A DNA stretch of 64,000 nt from Lophium mytilinum. Its lineage: Eukaryota. Position numbers and translations under genes: made by a program. The notes beneath the pieces were generated by a model. The model saw only the letters and a list, made by a program, of their open reading frames with translations. It was not told where the DNA came from and searched no databases. The stretch spans positions 806,001 through 870,000 of the forward strand of contig MU004199.1 of assembly GCA_010093605.1 (NCBI GenBank), in the 5' to 3' direction. Shown here piece after piece: positions 35,960-49,151 of the stretch. Position 1 is the stretch's first letter. The number at the start of each line of letters is the position of its first letter.

Positions 35960-38436
35960 GGCTGAGTACAGCAGAGGATGTGAGCGAGGTTTCGAAGTGA
36001 TGGCTGCAGGTGGTGTTGACCAACGTCATCCGTGCCCGAATGCTCAGTTAGGAAAGTCGGGGCGGCGATCGAGGGTCGGTGGACTTTCAGGCGACGGGCA
36101 GGAATTTGGGGTCAGAAGAGTCGACAAGGAACAGGGCGGACGGGCCAAGATAGGCTGAAGTGAAATGCGATGATGGGCGGGGCCCTTGCTAGCAGACGAA
36201 CGGACAGGAAGCGCTTTATGAACCTGGCAGATGAAGTCCGCTCTGTGGGGAGTGCTCGGCGATGCTGGGGCGGTGGGCAGAGGGCACGCCGCGGCCGGTG
36301 GGAGACGGCGCGCTGAAACAACCGGGAGCGACGGAGGATATGAGGCGGCGCACAACAGTGTTTGAGTGCCTGAGCTACTGCCTGTGACAGACGACGGGCG
36401 CGGGGACGAGATGGAAGGGCCCTTTTGCGTGATGCAGGCCGGGGGTTTGGACCTGGGCCAGCGACTGGCGCCGGCAGCGCTGCTCCTGACTGGCCTCTCG
36501 AATGGCACAGCGCCTGGAGGATGCGTGTGGTGGTGGTCGGCGCTGCAACGGGAGTCCCTGGGGTGGTCTTAACTGCGATAATATATGTAGGGCATATAGC
36601 CAGGGAGCAGCGGCGTTGAGGGCCTGGGACCAGTTGCGAGCAGCTTATCGACGAGCGTGCCGCGGGGGGTCCTGGGGGTTCTCTGAGCGCATATCGAACG
36701 GGCAAGCAGCTAGCTGTTGCGGGCGAGGGCTGGCCTGGCCCCAGCGGCGGCGTGCACTGGCGTGTGTCTCTGCGCTCCATGCTCCCCCGGTGCTGATCCA
36801 GCTGTCAAGTCTCCCTGCGCCGTGGTCGGTGCAAGGACGCGGAACCATCCAGCAGCCATGCATATGGGACGATCGCGATGCACCGCCGCCAAGTCTGTAT
36901 AGCAAACTTTGCCGCGAGCGTGCCAGGTGGGACAACCGGCGCGACGCCTCCGCAGCACCGCGTCGCCCGCAGAAGCCTAATGGAACTCCCCGCTGCACGA
37001 CGTTGAAGTTCTCCGTCTGCGGCTGCTGCTGGTACCAGGATCAGACGGGCCAGTGAGGACTTCCGAGGCTGCTCTCAATGTATAGGGCGGCCGGGACAGG
37101 TCGTGTGGCTTCAGACGTCGTCTCGAAGAGGAGTGACGACCGATGCAGCCATGTCCCAGCACTCTGACCAGCTTCGGGACCTCGCTCGATCCGTCTCTCT
37201 CCCTGCTGCGGATGAAGCAATCCGTGTGGCCGAGCGTTGCAGGCGCTCCCAAACGTCTCCCAGCCAGCCGCGACGCCCTCCCTTTGGGCGATTGCTATAC
37301 GAATCGGGAGCGTTGGGCGAAAGCCGCCGTCAGAAACTGCCCTCAACATAACGCCAGTTCGGCAGACGATTCGAATTGCCGTGCGGCCACACGCCTCGAC
37401 GTCTGACCCCTGTCAGCTCTCGAGATCCAGCGCCCTGGAAAGCTAGAGCAGCTGCACTCTGCGCTCCGAGCACCCGTGGGAGTGCCATGGGTGGCCGAGT
37501 GCACGCCTTGCACTGCTTCAACCGTGTTGCTTTCGAAGCTTGGGATACTCACGGTGCCCAATGTCGTATTCGTAAAGTACAATAGATTGTCCCGGAACGC
37601 GAGGCCCAGATACATACTCGGGCGCCTTGCGTGCCGCACACGTTTAGAAGCGCTGCTGTCTGACCATGCACTGCTCCTGGAGTACATGCTGCGTGATAAA
37701 ACCCGGGCTGTATAACGGAAGAGGCCGTGTTTCAGCGGCGGCGGGTCGCGGAAAGAACCATCTGGCGCCCGCCGGTGTCTCAGTGGTGGGGAGCTGCCGT
37801 GCCCAGCTGTACGTCATGTAGATTATACAGTTGTGGAGCGCGCGGCGCGCCCTGATAGCCTGTCAGGGCCCAGCGAGGTCGGTGTCAGCAGCCGTCCAAC
37901 GATCCGCCCACAGGTGCAGCACAAATGCCTGACCTGATATGACGGCATGCCATGCCCAGCACCGAACGGTCTGATGTGACCTGGAGAGAGCGGTGCATGA
38001 AGGTGCGTGCTGGCGCTGTGGGGTTGACGAGCCGACTTGACCATTCTTGGGAACGTGGGCGGTGCTAGAGCGGCCGGCTGTCTGCTCTCGGGATGGCATG
38101 CGTTTGGGCCCTCCCGCGTCTGTGGAAGACTCCACGTGCCGGACAAGCTTATTCTCTGCGACGTGTTTGCCGTCGCCATGAGAAGCCATGCTTCGAGCAC
38201 CCTAGAGAGAGCGGGAGTGCGGCCAGTTCGAAACTTCCGTATTCCGCACCGCAGACTAGGTGTCCATGACTCCAGTGCGCGACCGCCTCCTGGCGTCCAT
38301 CATCCGCCGAGCCTTGCGCGCTCTCCCGTCAGCGCAACTCCCGCCAGAGCCTACATTTGTACATACGAAGCACCCTGGCCAAACTTAAAGTCGCACCAGG
38401 GTGGTGGCGGACGGCTCGGATGAATGTGTAAAAAGA

Positions 38437-39169
38437 GGGCAACAGAATAACATGCCAGCAAAAATCACCTTGGCGAAATAACATGCCAGAAATTCAAGCG
38501 AGACGCCTCCGTTGCCGCTCCAAGCCAGATTTAGCTATAGCGCTAAACTTCAACATCTATGCAGAATTTTCCGGCATGCACAACTCACAGCCACCTGCTC
38601 AGCCATCACGTGATGGCTGAAAGCACCCGCAAGGACACACAGCTTAGGAATTCCAGCTTGCAGCAGCTGGTTTCCCCGGTCGTATGTCCTCCATGAGTGC
38701 TCAGGATGTATGTAAGGTGTGTAGAAGGAAGAAAGTGCGAGGGGGGAGTGCTGGAAGATAAGGGGCGGGCACGTGGATAGCACGTGCAGAGGCTTGCTGG
38801 CCGGGCAACCGACACACAATATAACATTCAGCCGCCCCCCAGCCCTCCTCTCTCCCTCTTACACACCTCCTAAGTACTCACAGAGGACATGCGACCGGGG
38901 AAACCAGCTGCTGGAAGCTGGAGTTCCCAAGATGTGTGTCGCTGGCGAGTGCTTTCAGCCATCACGTGATGGCTGAGCAGTGGTGCAGGCTGTAGTGAGT
39001 TGTGCAATGCCGGAAAACAACTTATGGACGCTGGGAGCCGGGGTGTAATGCTGATTTGCAGTGGTCTACACTGGATTTGGCATCGCTCTAGGCCGGTAGC
39101 GTCTGCAATGCGTTTGCTGGCATGTTATTTCGCCAAGGTGATTTTTGCTGGCATGTTATTCTGTTGCCC
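38437..39169. mobile_element. 733-bp non-autonomous Mutator-like (fold-back) element
   Basis: Perfect 53-bp TIRs (38437-38489 and 39117-39169), 9-bp TSD GTAAAAAGA (38428-38436 and 39170-39178), long imperfect internal inverted arms. Confidence 0.9.
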
Positions 39170-41955
39170 GTAAAAAGAAGCAATATCTCAACGGCAGCTA
39201 GGGCCGTCAGACGTTCCAACGGCCGGGCCTGAGCAGGATGATCCCAAAAGCCAGACCGCGGAGATAAAAAGACAGAGGGAATGAATGAAAATGACCACAG
39301 ACACACCCTTCATGCCCGTAGCCCCTTGCGCACGCCAGCATGAATTTGGCAGCCTAATTCGGGAACGCCAGATTCGTGAGATCGAGATGCTTGCGCGCGC
39401 CGTGACTCGAAGCAGTCCCATCACGGAAGATGCGCACCCCACGCCCCCAGCGCTCACGCAGGCTCCTGGGATATCCACCTGTTACCCAGGTCGCGTGGCA
39501 GTCAATACTCCGTGCTCTTGTGGATGCTGTCTGACTGCGAGGCCGTGACGGTGCTGGCGTTCTTTTGAAATAAGACTTGCGCATCTTGCTGGGAATATCA
39601 AAAGCTGTAGTTTCTTGCACTATCACAATGCCAAAGTCGCCGGGCCGCGGAATGCCTACGGTCAGCTTGTTGTCTTTCGAAGCCGTCTACCTATGACTTG
39701 AAGTCAACCTAAGTGCCCGGGCCGAAGTTCGTCCGATGCGCCTTTCCTGCTTGGGAACAGCGGTACTTGCGAACGAACCCGCCTCAATTCAATCTGGGAT
39801 TTTCTCTTTCATCCTTCCTCTTTTATTACTCACATGGTTTATAACATGCGCGAACTTGTAAGCAGGGTTCATCACAGTTTGCGCTGGGCAAAATGATCTT
39901 TGGACTGGGATCCAGCTTTTCGGGGGTTGACAACCCAAAGCCTATCCTTACGACTCACGTCCTCACAAGGCGATGGATCTTTACACTTTGCAAATTGCAA
40001 GGAGAACCATGTTCCTGAACAAACGCATTCATACATCATCAGCCCATCCTAATTTCCGGTCCCTATTGACACAATAATGACTCGCAATAACCCATCCCAA
40101 ATCGAGCATAATCCTTTCTATTATTGGCACAGGATCCGTACAGGTATCGGAAAGGGATTCGAGTCGTTGGATTTGGGTAGCCGCCGGGCCGACACGGTGA
40201 CCCGCGTAGCAAAGTCCGTGCGGGACTAGAGATTTACAAGGAATCGGAGCCTGATCTTACTACTTTATTCGTACGACGATTCATACGAGGATGATCTTAC
40301 TGCTGTAGCCTGCACTATATGTCGCTCAGGAGTAGCCAAGATGGAGGTGCCATGTAAGCAGTCATCAAAGACTACCACTAAATCTAAATTAAACCATCAC
40401 GCACTGCTGCGGTGCAGTCCTCGCTGCATGCGACTTCAGGTTTACATACGTTTGTACATCTATTACACCTACACTTAACACCGTGCTTATCCTAGCGCCA
40501 CCAACGCAGAACACGCTGGCAGCACCGCTAATCGCCAGCCTTACACGCCGGTTTGCCCTCAAACTCGAAGTCAAACCAGAAACCGCGCTTGCAGCTAGCA
40601 ACCTAAATCCCACAATACCTAGCCAGCCTTCACGCTGGGTGGAGAAAAAGTGGCCCGCTCAAAAAGCCCTCTCATACAACTGTCTGCATGTGCATGAAAT
40701 GCTTCAACGGCTTCCAAACTGGCCCAGGGTGAAGCGCTTCCATCACGCTCAATTTTTCAAGACTGCATTCAAGTGCCGCAAGCAGTGGCATACACGTAAA
40801 GACAGAAGAGGACAGTTTGGAGTGTGCAACTTCTTCCTTGCCCCGCGTGGTGGCCTCCAAAAAGTAGCTGCATATCTAGGCACCCGCGCCAGCAACAACA
40901 TGCTCAATCCAATCCAGGTAATGCCTGATCCCTTCCACATGCACAAAAAACAAGGCCACCACAGGAACGTGGACATGCTGGCAAAAGAAATAAGCATATC
41001 GCCCATCAAACGGAGCGTCCCGCACCCATTCCTCAGGTACAGATCTACGAAAAGCAAACTCCAAAGGTCCCCCAATTGCTTGCCCGCGGACCACAGATAC
41101 AATCATCATACATATATGCAATGCTCCCATCGCCAAACATGACTGCATAATCTACCAAAACGCCCCAACCCAAATCGGCAGCCCAAAAAAGTAATACGAT
41201 CCCACCAACGATCCATGGCTTAGATTTCGCACCACTCACAATTGCGCTTTAATGCTTGTCCTCGACACGGCCTGATCGGCCCCCCGAAAAATGGATGCGC
41301 CGCACGACCTCAAAAATTCGGGATCCCGTACATTACCAAATCCACCAACCCCGCAATCCTGAACTGTGCCTGTTGTACAACAGACCGCACACCACAGCAC
41401 CTGCTACAGACGCACAGCAGTCACAGACGGAAAAAATGCTTAGAGGCTGCGGTGCCCTCGCATCAAGAAGCGAACATGCCTAACGGTGCCTACCTGCTTA
41501 CCTGCCGTACCTTAACACGACACACGGCAAGCCGAAGAACCATCTTCGGGACCGGTATTCCGATCCCGACGGGGGCCAATCTACGAAGTACCAACTGCTC
41601 AATCACGGGCAAGGTGGACAAATTAACCCAATGCATAGTGCATTGCGAGCAGGAATCGCGATCGGCCGCATGGTGGCAACCGGCAACAGTATGGACCTCG
41701 GGAGGCACAGTAAGTACTGTACATCTACAGATCGCCACAGCTGCAAGATCCCAACACTACTGTCGTATCAACACTACCACAAGGATCTTGAACACTCTAA
41801 CAAGGTTTATCCACACTACTAACCAGGGCCCTCAACTCGAAGGAGTTCGTTCACTCGCCTACTTTACCCGGATCGGGCCGCTCTAACTCGAAAAACGCGG
41901 CGTAACACATATCGCCGGCTTGCATCGATCGTCGCGGGAAGCGTTGCATACACGC

Positions 41956-42057
41956 CTTGCAGCGACAATCCTGCAGACCTTGCAGCGAACAATCCTGTAG
42001 AACTTGCAGCGACAATCCTGCACAACTTGCAGCGAACAATCCTGCCAGACGTGCAGC
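41956..42057. repeat. minisatellite, about 4 copies of a 23-24-bp unit CTTGCAGCGA(A)CAATCCTG
   Basis: Tandem units read directly, alternating GCGAC and GCGAAC variants. Confidence 0.85.
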
Positions 42058-42911
42058 ACTCCAAGACCGCTGTTTCGCTTACTTTACCCGTATCCAGGTA
42101 AAATCAATCTAGAACGATTGAGTAGCACACACAGAAACCCGGGATGCAGCGCAGGGGGACTTGGAATATCTCACACGCACGTGTCACCAAAAGCGCAAAC
42201 CCGTAACCACACGCTCTCCGCGAGAAGGGAAGAAGTTGTCATGATTTAGTCGTGGTTGCGCAAGATAGTTCTCCCCCGGCTTCCAGATACACAGCACGCT
42301 GACTGCCGCGACGTCCCCCGTTTCCTACCATCCCAACCCAACCCATTCCTCGGCACCATTCCCAAAAGCCGCTTTCAACAAGAGACCGAGAGAGACAGAG
42401 ATAGTTCCCCCCAAACATTCCGAGTCGCCTGTCCTACCCAGTCCCAATGATACCAATCCGCTAATCCATCAGACTCCATTCTGTTCAGCCTTTCGCTGCT
42501 CGGCACCGTACATGAATTTGGTGCCCCCGTCCATAAATGCATTTGACATTCTCCCCACTCCGACCCAACTCGCTCCAGATCCGAAAAACACCCGATGCCG
42601 ACAACGCCTTGCGCTTCGTAAAAGACAATGAAAGAGATTCGACAATGGCAAAAAAAAGATGGTGCAGATAGCTTAGAGACGCCGCTTCGAGGTGCAAAGA
42701 CCACATGTGTGAAAGGAAAATGCTGTTCCAAATTTCAAAACTTACAAGAAAGTAAAAATATCGTCTCAAGGTGTTTAGTTGTGTAGTGAAAGGAGTATAA
42801 CAGACCTGTTCGTAGACCATTTCGATGCTACACGGATAGAGTGAAAACTTCGGTGTCGACGACGAATGCCGGCAACATGAAAGTTATGTGACGTTCTTAA
42901 GTGGAGATTGA

Positions 42912-44982
42912 CTAGGATACGGTCGATGGCCTCAGATTTGGCAGGGTGTCGGCATCGGCGACCTCGGATTGATCAGCCGACTTTTCGTCCACCCCTTGAC
43001 CTCTGCAAAGAGGGCAGGAGTTTCGGCCTGTTGTGAGCCACTATAGCAAAGACTATTAGTTCTGACCATAACGCCAGAAGGAAGAACGGGAAACATACCT
43101 GATCGATACACTCCCGGTGGAACAGATGTCCACACTTGATTAGATTTCTTGCTTCCTGCCCAACTTCGAAGTCGCACAGGCAAACCAGGCACCGTGCTTC
43201 CGGCGAAATGTCGATGCTCTCGAAACCATCTGTAGATTGAGCAACCAAGTTTCCAGCAGTACCACGTATCCAGTATAGCCCCGGTGCAGAGGCAACGTCA
43301 TCTTCACTCGCGACAGGCGGCTTGGCCGGTCCCAACAATGCAGATAGAAGCAGCATGTCTTCGTATGTGGGCGAGTCGGTGAAAAGGCTAGGGGTGGTCA
43401 AGATCGGGTGATTTTCGGGATAGCTACCACCCAAGACGTAGATGATCCAGCTTCGTGCCCCTTCTCCAGGGGTATGATCTGGCTCCACGACACCATTCCT
43501 TCTCGAAGCACCAGATCCAAAACGCGTGAAGTCGGACTCGCTTAATCGACGCTGTCGAGGGGTGCGCTGTTGAGACTGCGGCTCTTCTGCGGTGGCCTCA
43601 AGACTCGATCCGGTAGGTCTTCGTGCAAGACTACCCCGCCGAGAAGGAACAGTTGAATGGACAGACGGGGGCGTGGAGGCTGCCGAGAGTGCTGGAGTAT
43701 TGGTACCTGACGAGACGGCTGACAGACCAGCACTAGCAGGAGTAGAAGGGGGAGGAAGTGGACCCGAAGGAGAGTCAGTAAACGTGGACCAAGGCCGAGG
43801 TCGTTCTGGAGATCGATGATGCCTTTGGCTGTCGTAGCCAGCTGGGAAGGTGTTCATACCCCCTAAAGAAGCCCGACGTCGGTGGCTGAATCTAGTGCTA
43901 TTCTGGGGCTGCCGTAGGATACCATCAATTGTGTTTTCGCCGGATGGAGAAGCTAAGGGGGTTGGAAAGGTGGAGAGAGCATCAAGGAATGGTGGGATAT
44001 TGTCGTCCAGGGGAGAACCGCTGCCCGGGTTGATGGATCGAATTCCAACGATTATTATAGGAACCATACGTCCATCAGGTCCGTCGTCATCGCTAGCCCG
44101 ACTTTCGGGAGACCCCATGCCACTGCTCCGACTGCTTGTCGACCTCATATGTCCTTCATTCCTGCGGTTTGTTGTTGATGATCCAAATCTGAACATGCGA
44201 AAGAAGTTCAGAGGTGCCGGGCCTGCCCCTGGTGTATTAGCCCCATCCTCGTTTTCATTACTGCTTTGCCTCAGGGCCGAAGCTATCCTGCCGCTTTGCA
44301 GGGCCTGTAAGAAACTGTCGAATGTCCCATCCTCGCCATCCCCAGCAACATTTCGGGCTTCTGAAACAGCCCTATGGTCATCACCCATCAGAGATGCTGC
44401 AGTTGCGGCTGCTGCCACGGATAATAGCCGTGATAGCATGGCTGCCTGATCTTCTTCACGGCCTTGAAGCGGTGATCTCCGTCGTCTCAACTGACTTGTC
44501 ATGCTCCGTATTCCTCTGTCTGGCCTGAGCGATGATAGTCTGTCTGACATGGACGCAGTCCTCGAGAGGTCACGTCGCGGGGAGGAGAGGCGGGGTAACT
44601 CGAGATTATTGGGAATCTGTTCGAAGTTGAGATCCAGGTCTGGCACCTGGACGTGCGGCAGCAAGCCTCGTTCGGTGGCGGCATGTCGAGGGGTACTGGG
44701 GCGGCGATAAAAAGGGTAGGAAGGAGCAGATATAGAGTCGAAGGCGGGTTCGGTGCGAGGTCGGGTGGTGCTGCGGCGGTGAAAGAGGCTTGGGATGGAA
44801 GCGTAGAGGGAGGATCGGGTCCTTGTCATCCGCGAGGGGCGACGGGCGAGGTCGGTAGCGTAGGTAGATGAGCCAGCATCTGATGCAAGCGCTGGGCGGT
44901 CTGGTAGCACCCACGAGGCAGGGCGACTTCTGCTGCGGCGCTCGGGGGCGTCAGCCGCACCTCGAGAGCTGGCTTGGCCCAT
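42912..44982 (-). CDS. RING-H2 E3 ubiquitin ligase-like protein, 2 exons
   Basis: CLVCLCDF...CGHLFHRECIDQ | intron | WLTTGRNSCPLCR; N-terminal MGQASS myristoylation-type motif. Confidence 0.9.
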
Positions 44983-45313
44983 CTCGGAGGAGCAGCGTGG
45001 TGTTGAGGAGGCGGAAGAGGGTGGTGAGGGGGTGGTCGTGGTCGTGAGGTGTTGAGTGCAGGCTGATGTTCCAAGAACTGGACGGGATGATGAAGCGCTA
45101 GACGCTGGTCACGTGCAGCAGAGTTGTGAGGTGGGATGACCAGGGCTGAGAAAGGTTGCTCATCGCTGACTGACAGCTGCCACCCGATTTCTTCTGCTTT
45201 TTGTCTGCTACCGCTCGAGCCATCACCATATGTACATGTGCACCGCAACGGAATAACCGCTGCGTCTGGATCTCTGCCACGCGCTGGGACCACGGCCAGT
45301 CTCTATTGGAAAC

Positions 45314-46690
45314 ATGCAGTACTTTGTCCCGCCCTTCGACAGTAGCCGGCAAACGACACATTCACTGCGCGCCAGCCGCTACCAGAAGCTCCATACTAGC
45401 GGCCGGAAGAGGAAACGGCACGAGGACGACGAAGACCCTCCAGAATCTCCAGATGATAGCACTGACGCGGGTGCGACCTCAAACACGCAATCACCCAGTG
45501 CCAGGGCTTCAGTTGCGTCCTTGAGCGCTGCAGAAACAGCCCAGCTGCGTGTCGCAGGCCTACTCCCCCACGAAGGTTTCCAGGCGCCCAAGAAACCATT
45601 CCCACATGCACCTCTACCCTCCAAGCTTCCGGGATCTAGGACTACCGCTGCACATGTGCAGAGAGAGCTTGCGGCGCTGAAGCCGCCGTTGTATGCTGTG
45701 GCGGCGGCCAAGGCTACGCAGCGTGTCGACGGTGTCGGCCAGCAGGATACGCTACGGCAAACCCATATTGGCAATCTCACCACCATGCTGCACCGCTGTT
45801 TGCTTGAGGGAGATTACGAGCGTGCCGGCAGAGCTTGGGGCATGCTGTTGAGATCCCATGCCCGCGGCAGACCAATAGACGTGCGCCATAACGGACGTTG
45901 GGCGATTGGTGCTGAGATCCACCTGCAACGCAATCGCATCTCGAGACAGTCTCAGCCAGACGAGCACGTTGAAGATTCTGACAGCATCCAGTCTCAGACG
46001 GATCGGCACCCTGCCAGCACTGAGGAGGACATTTTCAGTGAGGAGGGCTTCAGACAAGCGCGCCACTACTACGATCTGTTGATATTGCAATACCCGGCTC
46101 GTAAAATGCACGCGCACGCCGTCAACCAGGGTCACTTCTACCCTGCCATGTTTTCGCTATGGATCTACGAAGTCTCGCAGCAGAGCAAGATTGCCAAAGA
46201 ACGTCTAAAATCCGCTCCCCATTCTTCCAAGTCTCATTCAAGAGGGTCCGACGATTCCGATATGGATGAGTCTGATCACAAGAGCGACGTTGTCGGTCAC
46301 GATAATAGATCACTCAATGGCTTTCCTTCGGATGAGGAACGGCAGATTATGGTTGTAGAAATGAAGCGTGCAAGGGAAATAGCCGAGCGTCTCGATCAGC
46401 TTCTCGGCGCGCCACCATTCGACAAGAGACCAGACCTCCTCCGACTTCGAGAAATGGTGGCACGATGGGTTGGTGATCTGATATATCAAGACGACCCAGG
46501 TCCGGGCCCGATGGATGAGGACGGAATGGAATACAACTCTTTTTCCGATCACAGCGACGCATATGAAACGTTTATAGATTCAGTCTCTCGGTTCGAAGAA
46601 GGCCCGCTTCCTGCAGACAGGCACAGTGAAGAGGACGGCACCCAGGATTCCCACCGCGCTACAGAATATAGTGCACTTGTCTGGAACTGA
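45314..46690 (+). CDS. Rrn11-like RNA polymerase I core-factor subunit (tentative)
   Basis: 458-aa ORF; HIGNLTTMLHRCLLEGDYERAGRAWGMLLR...WAIGAEI and YYDLLILQYP; basic NLS-like RKRKR. Confidence 0.65.
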   Translation: MQYFVPPFDSSRQTTHSLRASRYQKLHTSGRKRKRHEDDEDPPESPDDSTDAGATSNTQSPSARASVASLSAAETAQLRVAGLLPHEGFQAPKKPFPHAPLPSKLPGSRTTAAHVQRELAALKPPLYAVAAAKATQRVDGVGQQDTLRQTHIGNLTTMLHRCLLEGDYERAGRAWGMLLRSHARGRPIDVRHNGRWAIGAEIHLQRNRISRQSQPDEHVEDSDSIQSQTDRHPASTEEDIFSEEGFRQARHYYDLLILQYPARKMHAHAVNQGHFYPAMFSLWIYEVSQQSKIAKERLKSAPHSSKSHSRGSDDSDMDESDHKSDVVGHDNRSLNGFPSDEERQIMVVEMKRAREIAERLDQLLGAPPFDKRPDLLRLREMVARWVGDLIYQDDPGPGPMDEDGMEYNSFSDHSDAYETFIDSVSRFEEGPLPADRHSEEDGTQDSHRATEYSALVWN

Positions 46691-48514
46691 ATTAGGCGCC
46701 TCGGCAACCAAGCTGACAGGTGAAAAATCACACTCAACGTCTATACATAGTCAGCGATGCAGCTTGGCCCTAGCTTGATGCACGTCCAGGTGCACTGTTG
46801 GTAAGCTAGCTGGCCACAGATTCGGGAGCTTTGCGGACGGTATCAAGAAAGGGAAGTTCCCGAACAGCCCACCTGCCGAGAGATCGACCTTGACGCAGAA
46901 CATAACACCGTGCATGACTGACGTCCAACACTACGGCCCACCGGAAGCAAGTCCGCCCTGGAGGTGTGCCACCTATCAAACTCTCTAGATCCGTGCTGGA
47001 CGCGTTGACCCATTGTCCCATCCTGGCTTTCAGGTCCCCGGGTTTCCGGTGGGTCGGTGAATAGATGCTTTCCGGTCCGTTTTATCCCTGCGCCCATCCG
47101 GGAGCTAAAGCTAGCGATATTAAAAGGCGACGATCTTGAGACATGGGAGAGAGGAATCCCAAACCTCAAGCAAGGCTAACCCTCGAGGATTCGTTAGCTT
47201 GGGACGCAATATCCATACATTTGCAGTGCATAAAGGTTTCAATAACGCCGCTCACGATAATCGGATTCACCGTCTCGGATCTCGGATAGACGATTACCGG
47301 CTGACCACCTCTCAAGTTCCAACTGTCCGTCTCTACCATTTTTAAACCGCTAGCTGTCGGACCCGGCAGGTGCTTGTCTTGGTTGCGCTCAGCGTTGGCC
47401 GGATAATATATGCATCACCAAGTATGCATGCATCATTTCCGTCGTCTCGAACCTGAACACTGTAAGCTAGAATGTCCGAAGTTAGGTCTCTTCCTTTAGA
47501 AGGACGTAAACTCGCATGTCTTGAGACCGTTCAATTCTCTAGTCGCCGGTGCATTGATAAGGTTTGAAGTCTCAATAGATCTGCGTGTCGCGATAACGGA
47601 TATTATGTGCATCCGTATCACAAACGAAGCAATCCTTAGTTTGTTGGTATCCCTTCCATTTTACCGCTTGAGGTGTCGCGTGCTTCGACACGTCGAAGGT
47701 AGGTGCTCTAGTATTTCCACAATACTAAGTTTTGTAAACATCCCAAATGGGCCTTTCGCCTCTGCCGTCTTCATAAATTTGCTATGTCCCGAAATCGCTA
47801 TCCAGGATTACTCACCTAACACATTCGGCCTCTGGCAAGTTCATAGTCGTCCCTGGTGTTGCCTATTAATTTCATTCGGCGATCAATCGATCTCGAACTC
47901 GGATAGCTTAACCCCAGATCTTGACTTGTACCGAGTTGACGGAAAGCAGGTTTGAACCTAGCAAATATGTAAACTCCTCATATCAATGATCCTAAATCCT
48001 AAGCGCTTCATGTCCATGGCATTGATTTGACGTTGATTGTTGATGTCGCTGCCGCAAGGTCAAGTCGTCCCCATGCGATATCGCAAACGAAAATTACCAG
48101 CCTGACCTCATACTATTGCGTCAGAGAAACCTTCTGCTTTATATGCGAAAGTAAAACGGCGCAGTAAGTACTCTCTGAACTATTGAATCTTAGCGATCCT
48201 GGCTTGATCGAAAATCTATTTATTTGTTTGAAGAATTTGGCTAAAGTATCACTCCCATAGGCTCGTAGTCCCAACGACATCTACCTCGAATGGCGCTCAA
48301 TACTCCTTCTTGCCTCCCAGTATCTACGAGCGAGGCCCGACGGCCCCTCCTCATCACTGTCGTTCCCGCCGAGCCGGCCGGAAAAAAGTACGAGATAGAA
48401 GAGCGAGGCTCAACGGACACGCCGGGTCATTTCAAAATACACCGTGAGATTCGACAGAAGTTTGGACTCGCTGTCGAGTACCAATTGCCCTTGGGTTCCA
48501 ACGCGTACCGCTTA

Positions 48515-48730
48515 CAGTCCTAGGCCACAAGTCTGGGCACACGGACTTGGCTCCAGTTTGCCCACTCAGCACCACTGTTGGGGGCAGCCTGACTGCTGAG
48601 CAGGCAACTAGTCAAGAGGCAGTCTAATCTGCACTGCGTGAAGCTTGACATCGCTCTTGAGTATTTGCAATCCTGTGGAGTACCCCAAGCAGTGGCGTAC
48701 CATTGTGCCCAGACTTGTGGCCCGTCACTG
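48515..48730. mobile_element. MITE family copy 2
   Basis: TA|CAGT...ACTG|TA ends; GGCCACAAGTCTGGGCACA inverted at both ends. Confidence 0.88.
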
Positions 48731-49151
48731 TATCCCCGGACCGCCCCCACCACGAAACGATCTTTGAAGTAGTACAGCTCACCTTTACAGTACTCGTCCA
48801 TACGTCTAGGCACACTGCACGCGAATGCACCATCACTTGGGCGCTATTTTTGAGGCTGGACCCCAATGTCAGTAGTCTGCATCCACCATAACATCATCGT
48901 AGAATCTCACAAGCCCGCAGGTGGACCGCGGAGCGATGACGAGAAAGACATCAGTAGCAGTTAGCAGGCACCCTTACTTCAACTCATCCATAGGCCATGA
49001 TAAATGTGAGTAGAAAGTTCGTTGGTATATCGACTCCGAAATATCGCCGGCAAATTAAAATTTAGAGAACTACGAGGATTAAATCTTTGTTCAGCATTTG
49101 CTTCCTTGGCGAGGCTCCACCGAAATCCCGACGACATTATCGGAGAGCGAA

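Noticed and set aside
36000..38420. Many overlapping 60-220-aa ORFs
   Set aside because: GC-rich upstream region of the C6 factor; Arg/Pro/Ala-rich translations with no motifs
41956..42057. CRISPR-like array
   Set aside because: Units are contiguous with no unique spacers; eukaryotic context and no cas genes
39200..42900. Telomerase RNA or another structured ncRNA in the long gene-free stretch
   Set aside because: No TAACCCTAA-type template found on either strand and no recognisable ncRNA motifs
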